Assembly: GCF_021028975.2 (NCBI RefSeq)
Contig: NC_059427.1
Coordinates: 116,498,001 to 116,562,000 of the forward strand
Length of the DNA stretch: 64,000 nucleotides
DNA from: Sphaerodactylus townsendi
Taxonomy: Eukaryota
Direction of reading: 5' to 3'
Made by a program: the position numbers and the translations under genes. Numbering within the stretch: position 1 is the first letter of the stretch; every line of letters begins with the position of its first letter. Positions 38,916 through 49,665 of the stretch are shown here, piece by piece. The notes below the pieces were generated by a model. That model worked only from the letters and a program-made list of their open reading frames with translations, did no database searches and had not been told where the DNA came from.

Positions 38916-39339
38916 AATGAATGTCTTTTTGCAGAGATTAAAACCCCCCCAGTGAAATTGACACAAGCAGTAAGATTTATGTGGTGCTGAGCAGACTGAT
39001 GCTGGGAGGAAGCCTGCCTAGATTCCCAGCCTTGACATTGAAAAATGAAAAGTTCGTTTGGCTCTTGTTGCATTCAGATTCATCATACCAGGAAGAAGAC
39101 TTCCTAAGTTCTTATATTACAAGCATGGCCGTGAATGAAGCACAAATTCAGCATTTTACAGGTAACCCCTCTTCCTGGCTGACGTGCGACAGATGCAATA
39201 GGACATGCCACAGAAAATAACAATAACGATATATTGCCTCTGGAATACAAATTAGTCAACATTTTAATAATTTTGGCTGTTCTGGATTAAGACTCGCGTA
39301 CTCCGCTTTTGCATGCAATTGTAGCCTTTCTAGACTTCC

Positions 39340-39780
39340 CACCTGTCTCTTTTGCACTGCGCCCCTGCAACTCTCCCTTCCTCTCCAGCGCGTCGATCTC
39401 CGTCTCTGCACTCTAACCAGCTAGCGTGCCCTAGTTTTCCGCTCTCTTTCTCCGACTTCGGTTGCTTCTGTCTGATGCTCTCTCAGGGGCTTTCGCGTCG
39501 GGGAACGTTCATCCTGATTGGTCACTCGCCTTTGCCTATCCCGCGCCTGCGTAGTGGCTGCCAGGCTGTGCCGCATCAGTGTAAGCCGGGTAACGCGATG
39601 GCTGCTCAGCGTCGGGCCGGTTCCCGGGCTGCAGCGAGCGGTGGGGCTGGCGCGGGTGCCCCGGGAGAGGAGCGCCGACGCCGAAGCAGGTACCCTTGGG
39701 GAGAGGGAGAGAGTCCCGCTGAGAGGCGGTGTTTGCTCTTGCTTCCAGGGAGGTGGTAGCGCGAGCATGCCAGGGACTAT
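39340..39780. promoter_or_regulatory. CpG island / bidirectional promoter shared by HEXD (non-coding exon ending at 39343, minus) and OGFOD3
   Basis: High CpG density; reverse CCAAT (GATTGG ~39516); minus-strand donor CAG|GTGGGA at 39343; OGFOD3 ATG at 39598. Confidence 0.8.
39598..39689 (+). CDS. OGFOD3: OGFOD3 (2-oxoglutarate/Fe-dependent oxygenase domain protein 3) coding exon 1
   Basis: MAAQRRAGSRAAASGGAGAGAPGEERRRRS (human MAPQRRAA...ERRNRS); AG|gtaccc donor, phase 2 matches exon 2. Confidence 0.9.
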
Positions 39781-40093
39781 GGAATATGCTGCCACAGGAG
39801 GTGGTGATGGCCACTAACCTGGATAGCTTTAAAAGGGGCTTGGACAGATTTATGGAGAAGTCAATCTATTCTATGGCTACCAATCTTGACCCTCTTTGAT
39901 CTGAGATTGCAAATGCCTTAGAAGACCAGGTGCTCGGGAGCAGCAGCAGCAGAAGGCCATTGCTTTCACATCCTGCATGTGAACTCCCAAAGGCACCTGG
40001 TGGGCCACTGCGAGTAGCAGAGTGCTGGACTAGATGGACTCTAGATCCATCTAGATCAAGCCAGATCCAGCTGGCTTGTTCTTATGTTCTTAT
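39780..40093 (+). mobile_element. CR1 LINE 3' end, same subfamily as 6560-6966
   Basis: Near-identical to the reverse complement of 6560-6865; ends ...CTTATGTTCTTATG. Confidence 0.9.
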
Positions 40094-40674
40094 GACTCTG
40101 TGGCTGCGTGGCTGCGATGCACACGGGTCTGGGGTAAAAAGACCCGATTGTACTTAGGGGGGTTAGCTTACCTTGGAGCAAGGCCTGCACAGCACCGGGG
40201 TTGCATGTATTTTATTATCTTCCTTACCCCGAGCCAGGTGGTTAAGAGAGGTGAACGGCACTCAGGTCAGGCTGTTTCCTTCTATTATGCTAAGTATCCT
40301 AGAGTGGTTGTCCGCATGACTTCTCATGCATGCTGTGGAGGTGAAGTATTTAAACCAGACATTGCGTGTTCACTTACCAATGTATTTTATTTACGTTTCC
40401 AGTATAATTATAGTCAAAGTAATCAAATCAATACAAACCTTTTTGTGGACCAGATTCCCCCCCCCCCCCCCCCCCCGAATCAGAAGGACTGGTGTAGAAA
40501 TATAGATGAATAAGGTGGTGAAATGCTTTGGGGGTAGATTAAGCTATACCACTTCAGACAGTGGGTAAAGGATTAGAATTGTCCATGTTGACTTCTGGTG
40601 CTGATTTACAATTAGTCAGGAACATATCATCTCTGACCCATAGTGCTCTGACACACACCTTTTCTAGAAATAGA

Positions 40675-40958
40675 TCAACTAGAACACGGAGTAATGGATT
40701 CAAGGTGCAGTAAAAGAGATTCCACCTAAACATTAGAAAGAACTCTCTGACTGTGAGAGCTGTTCAGCAGTGGAATTAACTGCCTCAGAGAGTGATGGAA
40801 TCTCCTTCTTTGGAGATTTTTAAGCAGAGGTTGGATGACCATATGTTAGGAGAGCTTTGATTGTGTGTTCCTGCATGGCAGGGGGTTGGACTTGATGGAC
40901 CTTGTGGTCTCTTCCAACTCTATTATTCTATGATTCAATATTCTATTATTCTATATTA
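40675..40958 (+). mobile_element. CR1 LINE 3' end, second subfamily
   Basis: RTRSNGFK...WN.LP..V.ESPSLEIFKQRLD-like remnant; ATTCTAT(G/T) repeat tail. Confidence 0.85.
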
Positions 40959-42011
40959 TAGTGTTACTTTTGATTTATGGGGTGTGTTGAACCATACAAT
41001 TCATCTGATGGAATGGCATTTCCCTGAGTGGAAGATGGGTTGGTAATTTGCAGATTCCTGTTTCTCATGGCGAATTCATATTTTGTCCTCTGTGCTGTTC
41101 TTGAGCATCTGCTGATGTCCAAGAACAACATGGCAGGGGAGACTTATTTTGCCACAGCAGAGGGATGAAATGGGAAAGTCCTGCTTTGTGGTTGAATACA
41201 TCCCAGTTTATTATTTTGTTGCTCAATCAAAGATTGTCTCTTAAAACTGACTGCAGTTACAGAAGAGGGGTGATCAGCTGCTGACTTCTCTCCCTGTCCT
41301 TCACCATGAATGATTGCTGGAAACTGGGGGAATGGGAGCTTTGGATCAGTCAGAGCCAAATCTAGGCACAATGGAGAGATATTTCTTGCTCTCCTTTCAT
41401 ATTATAACGTGATATAATGCAGGGATCCTCAGTGTTCTATTTGAATTGACTATCTGTGCAGGCTTTAAGTGTAGGACCATAGGGGATATAATTTCTTCTT
41501 CCACTCTAAGGTTTTGACAGCTGGGTCAGTGTCTGCTGCATTGGAAGTGATGCTGCATTGAAACACTTTGGCTTTCAGCATATGCACAGTGTTTTAATAC
41601 ATGTGAGAGTACTTTACGAGATTGTCTTTGTTATATTTTGCTGTAACTACTCATTCTGGTGTGGATGACCTGGGGTTGACATTTCTGTAACAAACTAATC
41701 AGTTTGTACTTCTTTGGGAGTGTTTTTTTCCTCTTCATTGTTGCTTGGTAATGCTCGCTGGCAACTATCCCTTGGTGTTGTCCCCCTGTCATGGGAAAAC
41801 TGCCTGTGTAACTCTTTCACAAACTATATTGTTTAGAAGGTGGAACACAGGTGTTCAGATTCTCTAGGGAATTTAGAAAAATAAATATCTGTAGTTTACT
41901 GTGTCTTTCCATTGTAGAATGAAATGCTGGAGACTAATTTGTTAACATTTTCAGGATGGTTGGGTGCTGTGTGGTTTCCGGGCTGTATGGCCGTGTTCTA
42001 GCAGCATTCTC

Positions 42012-42054
42012 TCCTGACGTTTCGCCTGCGTCTGTGGCTGGCATCTTCAGAGGA
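42012..42054 (-). ncRNA. Identical hammerhead motif on the opposite strand (inverted pLTR)
   Basis: Exact reverse complement of 43383-43425. Confidence 0.75.
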
Positions 42055-43382
42055 TCTGATGTTGGATCAGATGTTTGTGGATCAGAGGATCTGATGTTGG
42101 ATCAGACGTCTGTGGCTGGCATCTTCAGAGGATCTGATGTTTTGAGAAACAAGCCCTGAAAACAGCACCAAAAAAGCCCACCATATAGTTCCGTTATGTG
42201 GATGACACATTCACCATTTGGAGCCACGGAGAAGAAGAACTAAACAAGTTCCTGGATCATATCAACAAGATCCACCCAAACATCCAATTTACTATGGAGA
42301 AAGAAAATGAAGGAAAACTGCCATTTTTAGATGTTTTAGTCATCCGCAAACCAAACCAGCAATTGGGACACACAGTATACAGAAAACCTACTCACACAGA
42401 CAGATATCTACACAAAAACTCCAATCACCATCCAGGGCAAAAAAGGAGCACCATAAAAACTGTGGTACATCGCGCAAACAGAATCTGTGAACCTCACCTC
42501 CTACAAGATGAATTGAATCACCTAAACAGGGCTCTACAGGCTAATGGTTACTCTAATACAGAAATCAGAAGGGCTGCAAGACCAAGAACAAGCCACATGA
42601 ACAAAGATAAAGAGCCATCTAGAGGGAAGGTGTTCTTACCATACATCAAGGGAACCACTGATCGCATAGGAAAACTGATGAAGAAGCACAACCTACAAAC
42701 AATCTACAGACCCACTAAGAAAATTCAACAGATGCTACGTTCAGCAAAGGATAAGAGGGATCCTTTAGCTACTGCAGGAGTCTATCGTGATACCATGCAG
42801 CTGTGGGACAAGTCTACATAGGGAACTCACCAACGCAGCGCATGGCTGGGTGACATCGCATCAAAGAACACGAAAGGCACTGCAGACTATTTCAGCCAGA
42901 AAAATCAGCAATAGCAGAACACATGATAAACCAACCTGGACATAGAATATTATTTGAAAAAACAGAAATTCTGGACCACTCTGAAAGCCACTACGTCAGA
43001 CTACACAGAGAAGCAATTGAAATCCATAGGCACATGGACAATTTTAACAGGAAGGAAGAAACTATGAAAATGAACAGAACTTGGCTGCCAGTGTTGAAAA
43101 ATACTAGGGTCAAGACTATGTCAAACCAGCTCCACACAAACACAGGATGACCATAGACAAAAGAAACAAAGGCCAGGATACTTCTATTCAGATGCTCCCA
43201 CCAGTGACCTTGCTATCTACAGGGTTACTCCCAGGCTATAGTCTTCATTGTTACTCATACTTCTATTCAGATGCCCTCAACTATTGACCTGGTTGCCGCC
43301 TTTGTTACTCACAGACAAGGTTTCCCCACCCACCCTGGACACTCCAACAGATATATACTCCACTTGCTTTCCCAACATCAGA

Positions 43383-43425
43383 TCCTCTGAAGATGCCAGC
43401 CACAGACGCAGGCGAAACGTCAGGA
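43383..43425 (+). ncRNA. Minimal type I hammerhead ribozyme in Penelope pLTR
   Basis: UCCU-CUGAAGA-U-GCC...GGC-GAAA-CG-UC-AGGA: stem I UCCU/AGGA, stem II GCC/GGC, palindromic ACGU stem III, predicted cleavage after GUC at 43421. Confidence 0.8.
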
Positions 43426-43956
43426 GAGAATGCTGCTAGAACACGGCCATACAGCCCGGAAACCACACAGCACCCAAGTGATTCCGGCCGTGAAAGCCTT
43501 CGACAATACATTTTCAGGATGTATTGCTCATATCTGAGGCTAGATGAGGGCTTAGCTGCATCAGACTATGTGAATGAGTCCCTTGAACCAAAGCTATATT
43601 TATCAGGCAGCCTTGCTCTTTGGGTGTTTTTGCCTGTGGCTTCAGGCTTCTCGGTCCACCTTCTTCTGGGCAGCTGCAAAGTGCCTGCTTGTGGTTACAG
43701 GAGTGTGAAATGCAAGTTGATGTTAAAGATGATGGTCTAACAGTTCTCCTGGTTTTATCTTGCAATTCAGCTTTTAAATTGTATACATTTAAAACTTTTA
43801 ATGGTTCTGGATTTACTTGTTCAGTCCACGATGCTTTCTGTTAGAGCTACCCTCTGAGCTAGATCTTCAACACACTCCTTGCTCACAAAATGCATATGGC
43901 AGAGCACATACTTTTCAGTTGTTCTTTTATTTATTTATTTGTTTGTTTGTTTTTAG

Positions 43957-44174
43957 TGTTATGAAAGGAAACAGTCAGAAGAATTCTCAACGGAAATGGC
44001 TGAAAGTGGCATTCCTTCTCTCCTGTGCTGTCCTGGGCTGTCTTCTGAGTCGGAACTATTTGTTCAGTGAAGAAGGAGTTACTGAAGTTTTAGCTCATCA
44101 TGGAGAAATCCTAAAGGACAAATTTATCGAGGTACCCTGTTCAGAGGACTATGACAGCCACAAACGTTTTGAAG
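43957..44174 (+). CDS. OGFOD3: OGFOD3 coding exon 2 (TM anchor)
   Basis: VMKGNSQKNSQRKWLKVAFLLSCAVLGCLL...FIEVPCSEDYDSHKRFE; ttttag and G|gtattt; 218 nt. Confidence 0.96.
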
Positions 44175-44354
44175 GTATTTGCATGTGACCTGTGTGCTGA
44201 AGAAACCTACCTGCCCATTACTTTAATGCCAGAAGGTGGCCAAATATTAAGTCTTTTGTCTCTGCAGGAGCAACAGTTTATTTTTTTTCTTTATGTTTCC
44301 CCATCCCAATTAAGCAGTGACTAAAAAGATGTTATGTGGGTTAAGTCTATACTA

Positions 44355-44586
44355 CCGTGTTTCCCCGAATATAAGACAGTGTCTTATATTAATTTTTGCT
44401 CCCAAAGATGCGCTATGTCTTATTTTCAGGGGATGTCTTATATTTCTGTATTCTGTTCGTCAGGCATGCTTCCAAACAAAAACTTTGCTACGTCTTACTT
44501 TTGGGGGATGCCTTATTTTTCGCACTTCAGCAAAACCTCTACTACGTCTTATTTTCCGGGGATGTCTTATATTCGGGGAAACAGGG
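44355..44586. mobile_element. Tc1/mariner-superfamily MITE, same family as 29102-29354
   Basis: TIR CCGTGTTTCCCCGAATATAAGACA / TGTCTTATATTCGGGGAAACAGGG; TA flanks. Confidence 0.85.
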
Positions 44587-45269
44587 TAGGAATAGCAGCA
44601 TCCAGCATCCAAGTGTGATATAGTGTCCTTTAACAGAATCCTGAGATTTCTTTTTGTTTGACCAAAATTCTTGACATACATGCAATTCCAGATCAAATCC
44701 CCAAAAGTGAAATAAATGGTTGGAGGTGGAGTGGTAGGAACTGGAGTGGAACTTCTTTTGCAGTTCAATTTTCTCCTTAACTCCTTGCCCAAAGGTACTT
44801 TTCTACACTTTTAGAGAGCTTAGGTTAGGGATGTCCAACTCTGGTGCCCCAGTTGGCCATGCTGGCAGGGGCTGATGGGAATTGTAGTCCATGAACATCT
44901 GGGGCACCAGAGTTGTTGTTGTTGTTAATTAAATTTAGTATACCGCCCCATCCCCGAAGGGCTCTGGCTTAGATGACCCCTAATGCATGTAATTTGCGTA
45001 TTTAGCAAAGGCTCATAAGTATGTTGTTGAAATGATCACCATAACTGGAAAAGATAGTCCAAGGCAGGACTGGGCCTGCTAAAAAAAGGACCTCCTTGCA
45101 GACTAGGGGGCAGAGGGCAGAGGCCTGCCCTCAAGCTCCACCCCCCGCCTCCCTGCAAGCAAACCGGAGTTTTTGAAAGCCAGCTGGTGTGTGTGGGGGG
45201 TGGGGGGCGCGGCACTTGGAGAAGGAGTTGTCTCCAGCCGTCATTTCCTACCCATACATCTCTGTTTGC

Positions 45270-48210
45270 ATCCAAAACGTTTTAGCTTTATTACAAGCCC
45301 ATGATAAATGGTAAAACAATCCTTCATGTTCACATTTCCAACAGACATTTGGACTATTTTATATATTTTTGCTAAATTTTGTGGTGACAGTACATCATTT
45401 TATAAAAATTCTCTTTAACACTGGAACTTTTAAATTTAAGGCCCTTTATCCACATATTTTCCCAGTCATCCATTTGTATATTGTACCTAAAGTTACTTGT
45501 CAATTTTATCATACACTCTTTTCCTCATTCTTCTGGTTCACATTTCAACAGAAACTTATACATTTTTGCAATATCATCATCATCTATCTTTTCCAAAGGC
45601 AAGGCGAATTCACGACGGCTCACTTTCTACAGAGCTGCACAGGCGCTCACACTGAGGGTTTTTTTTACATTGTACAATGTGCTCACATCAGTGTGGCCTA
45701 CCCCCTCTGTTCACACTCTTCCAGTTACTCCACCCCTATTTCTCCCCTCCCTTCTCCACTCAGGTTTGGCTGTCCTCCCAACTTCCTCCCCAGTACTAGC
45801 CACCTCTTGGACAAAGTCTGTAAGTTTTATTATGATTGGTGAGATTCTTAATCTTAATCACTGTGCCTGTGTATATGTGAGAGAGTGTCTTTTTTCCTGC
45901 TCTCCTTCCCCTCCTGCCTTAAATCTTTCTGGCAGTGTCAATGGCTTCTCCTGCCACGAAGTGGTGGCAGCCTGAAATTGGGCTGGGGCTGGGGGTGGTT
46001 TGTGAGTGACTCCAGAGGGGGAAAGAGATGCTTTTGGCGGGATCAAGAAGGGAAAGAGAGAGAAAAAGCACACATGCTCATGTTTGGGAAAGGGGAGGGG
46101 ACTGACAGCATGAACATCTCATTTAACTGCTGCCGGCGTAGTAGCATCCCAAGTGGCAACTGAGTAGGTCAGGGGTTTTAGCCAGGGTCTCTCTTTCTGC
46201 CAGTCACCCAAAGCAGTGCCAGTGCCAGAGGAGCGACCCCCTCTCCTCCCCCCTCCCTGACCAAGCTGGCAAATGAACTTAATCCAAGTCACCAACCCTG
46301 TTTTCTAAACCTGTTGTATTTTTCCCACAACAGGCTTTATTGCTAGTTCTCCCATAATTCTGCTTCAGAATCAGTCCTGGGGTCTTCAAAAACCATGTAG
46401 TCTCTTATCTACTATAAATCTTTCTAATTGTGCATAGACAAATCAATAACAAGTCCTTCTGCTACTAAATCTTACCTTGATTTCACTTTACAATCCCCTT
46501 GAGAAAAATCTAGTGTGGCACAATATATTAACCATCCACTTTCAACTATCATTTCTCATCTATATAGTGCTTGTGCTGAGAGCCATAATGGTGTTTTCTG
46601 ACACTAGGTTTATATTTTTCGCATGTATAGCAAGTCTTATATAAAGATTTTTAAAATGCTTCTTGCCGTTCTATTAATAGATGTGCCGCCCAAATCTCAT
46701 GTCAAGTTCCTCTCATTCCAACAGTCTTTTAAATTTTTTTCTGACAGTCCAGAAAATTGAGTGCTTTTGAAGTACAACATTTAATTTCCATCTGAAAGTA
46801 TTAAATTTTCTGTTACAAACCAGATTTACAGGATTATGATCTGAAAAAAGTCTTTGGTAAAATTTCTACTGCAGTTACCTTAATTGTGTCTGTAGAAATC
46901 CAGATCATTTCTATTCTTGAAAGAGATCTCTGTCTTTCTGAAAAATGCATATACTCTCTTGAGTTTCCATTTTTCTGCTTCCATATATCAACCAAGCCCA
47001 AGTTGTTCATCAAATCAAAAACAGTTTTTGACAATTTACTTGTGTCTTTTTAATCATATTTTTCAGAAAATCATTTGAGGCGATACTACTCAATCCCAGT
47101 CTTCTAGCAGACATCCGCTTTCATATGGAAAGTATGTGATCTTATCAATAAGATCTTTATAAAATGTCCTCATTTGGAGCACAACTTCCCAACTTCCCAT
47201 GGGACTTTGCTTGTTATAGCAGATCGAGAATGTATTCTGTAAATCTTGTTAGCTTCCTTCTCTTCCTCTGCAAAAAGTCCAAGTCCACCAAGGCTATTAT
47301 AATCCTTTGTCTAATATCTTTATCTCATATTTTAGGAATATCTCTAAGGCCGTTTCCGCACGGCCTCCAGTCGCCCCCACGCCGCCAAGAGTTCTGGTGG
47401 CGTGGGGGCTTGTAATTTTCTTCCGCTCATAGACGCGAAGCGTGTGCAGGAGCAGGCAGAAGCTGAGGACGGCAGACTGCAGATCTGCATGGCTCAGCAA
47501 TGATGGAGTCGCCTTCTCTTCCCGCTTCACTCATCGGTGTTCTCAGTCAGCAGTTCGTTGGCCTGCCCAGAAGCCTCGCTTCATTTCGCTGCCCTCCGAC
47601 CCCCTGGAGGTCGGAGGGACAGTGTGGCTGGAAGGCGACTTCAGCAGGCTTAATGCACGCAGCGGACACACCGCGGAGTGGGCGGAGATGGAGACGAGAT
47701 GTGCCTCTCGGGCGGCGCTGATTCAAGCATCAAGCGCCGTTGGAAGACGCCTTCCTCAACAACAACCCTTTAAAGGGTTAGTTGTTTAGGGCGGACCTGA
47801 GGTCAGCTTCCTGGGGGGGAGGGAAGCGAGCCCAATTCGCCGGGCTAAGCGCTTGCAGCAGCGGCGCCACGGTGGACCAGGCGGCCTGGGGCAGCTGCTT
47901 TTTACCCCAGGCCCAGGCTTCGTTAATGCACGGTCGTATTGGAAACGGCCTAAATCTTTGATCTAATTCTTTCTCAGTTCCAACTAAATTGTCCATTTCT
48001 CTTTCCATCCTTTTATTCTGAGCTTTTGCTTTACCCTCAAAAACATCAACTTTATCATTTACTTTATTTATTTGTGTTATAGAGCTGTCCATCTGCTTTT
48101 CTGTTTGTTCTAAATTTACCAAACTTCTCATCAGTTTTCTTTTTAGATGTTTCCTACCTAATAGTAATTTGATGAAAGCAATTTTTAACATGTCAGACAT
48201 AATACCAGAA
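45270..48210 (-). mobile_element. Decayed L1-type LINE (ORF1, endonuclease and ORF2 C-terminal fragments) interrupted by nested insertions
   Basis: LVDIWK...SLSRI endonuclease-like remnant at 46834-47034; KENFYKMMY and CWKC remnants ~45300-45450; coiled-coil ORF1-like piece 47955-48200. Confidence 0.75.
47348..47950. mobile_element. Non-autonomous PIF/Harbinger-like DNA transposon nested in the L1
   Basis: TIR GGCCGTTTCC / GGAAACGGCC; TAA TSD at 47345-47347 and 47951-47953; CpG-rich interior. Confidence 0.85.
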
Positions 48211-49389
48211 AAAACTGCTACCGTATATACTCATGTATAAGCCAACCCGTGTATAAGCCGAGGCACCTAATTTTACTGCCCAAACCTGGGAAAACTTATT
48301 GACTCAGGAATTAAGCTCGAAAGTAAGAAGCTTAATTTATAAAAGAACTAAACTTCAAACTTACACAAACCTGCCTTGAGCTTTAAGCATTATTTAAGGA
48401 TGATGTATAAATTTGTTTTCCAAATTTGCTGATCTTTGATTTGTTTGTTACAAATACTGGGGAGCTTATTAGTACCAGGTGTTAGGACCAAGCATTGTAG
48501 AATCAGACTGGCGGTATAGTTATAATGTAAGCCTGAGATCTGCGGGAGACAGGTTAGAATCTCTATTATACCATGGAACATCACTAGGCAATTTTAGGTC
48601 AGCCTCTTATCTGCCTATTCTACTTCACAGGATTGTAATTGAGAGGAAAAAATGGAGGAGGGGAGAAGGATGTTGTAAGTCAATTTTGAAAGAAAGTATC
48701 CAAGCTTCTGGTTAGTCTCATCATGTGCAAACTCCCATCCTATCAGGTGCAAGACTTGTTCCATTGTTGCATCGCATATACCCACTCACTTGCTGTGCAA
48801 ATAGGTAGTCACAATCTATAGTAGCATTAACTGTCCCAGGAACTCCGTCTGCAAAAGAGTTCTAGAAGTGTGGATAAGGTCAGGAAAATCACTGAGCCTG
48901 ATGTTCAGAAATGCCCTTGGGAACAAGAGTATGGCTGTTCCATTCCAGAGAAACACACATGCATGAAGACTTTGTGTTTAGCAACCAGCATTTTTATTTC
49001 TTTCTAAACGGCGGTTTTATTTCTTTCTAAAAAACTGCATTTAGGAAGAGGATTTTCTCCTGCAAGGAAGTGTGCCTTTCTATCACCGCATCAGAAACTG
49101 TTTTAACATTTTGTTAATATTGATGAAGCTTAAGAAACAGTGTATATCTAGCTTTCTTTTTGTCTGTTGCCGGTATACATTGGATGTAAGTTTGATTGTG
49201 AAAGATACCATATTCATGCTAATATAAACACCATATGGACAGTTTGCTTTGTTGCCTATGTGTCTTGAAAACAAGTTTGGTTTTGAAAACTATTTTTATG
49301 TTGATGCAAACAAATTTGGTTATGCAAAGTATATTTATGCTGATGTAAGCATAAGTACTTCTGTCCATTGAAATTTAGTAATTGAACCT

Positions 49390-49665
49390 TGTCAAGGAAG
49401 ACTCCACAGTCCCCTTCTACTTGAATTGCTTATTGATTCAATACACTCATAGAAACTTCTTCTTTTTTGTAGTTTATTACATATAACAGGCAAGCTTACA
49501 AGTTGCTCTAACGAATTCAACTGTGTAAAGAAAAAAACTTCAGGAAAAAAACGAACTGGGCTTCAGCTTCATTTAAACCCTCACTCACTAACTGCCCTTC
49601 CTGTGTTCTGAGCCACATCCTCCTAAACTGACACTTTCTAGAATGTTCCCTTGAACTCTTTCACA
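49390..49665 (-). repeat. 3' LTR
   Basis: TG...CA bounded direct repeat of 55306-55572; adjacent polypurine tract. Confidence 0.92.

Larger units (their letters stand above)
41959..43507 (+). mobile_element. 5'-truncated Penelope-like retroelement (RT C-terminus + GIY-YIG endonuclease + pLTR) with inverted 5' pLTR copy
   Basis: FRYVDDTF RT motif at 42189-42212, LPFLDVLV, VYRKPTHTDRYL, GVY..C.C..YIG and REAIEI motifs; 106-bp inverted repeat; 14-bp direct repeat ACATTTTCAGGATG at 41945-41958 and 43508-43521. Confidence 0.93.

Noticed and set aside
42198-42821. 207-aa ORF as a host gene
   Set aside because: It is the RT thumb/linker of a truncated Penelope element, with an upstream in-frame stop and no ATG (starts at the GTG of YVDD).
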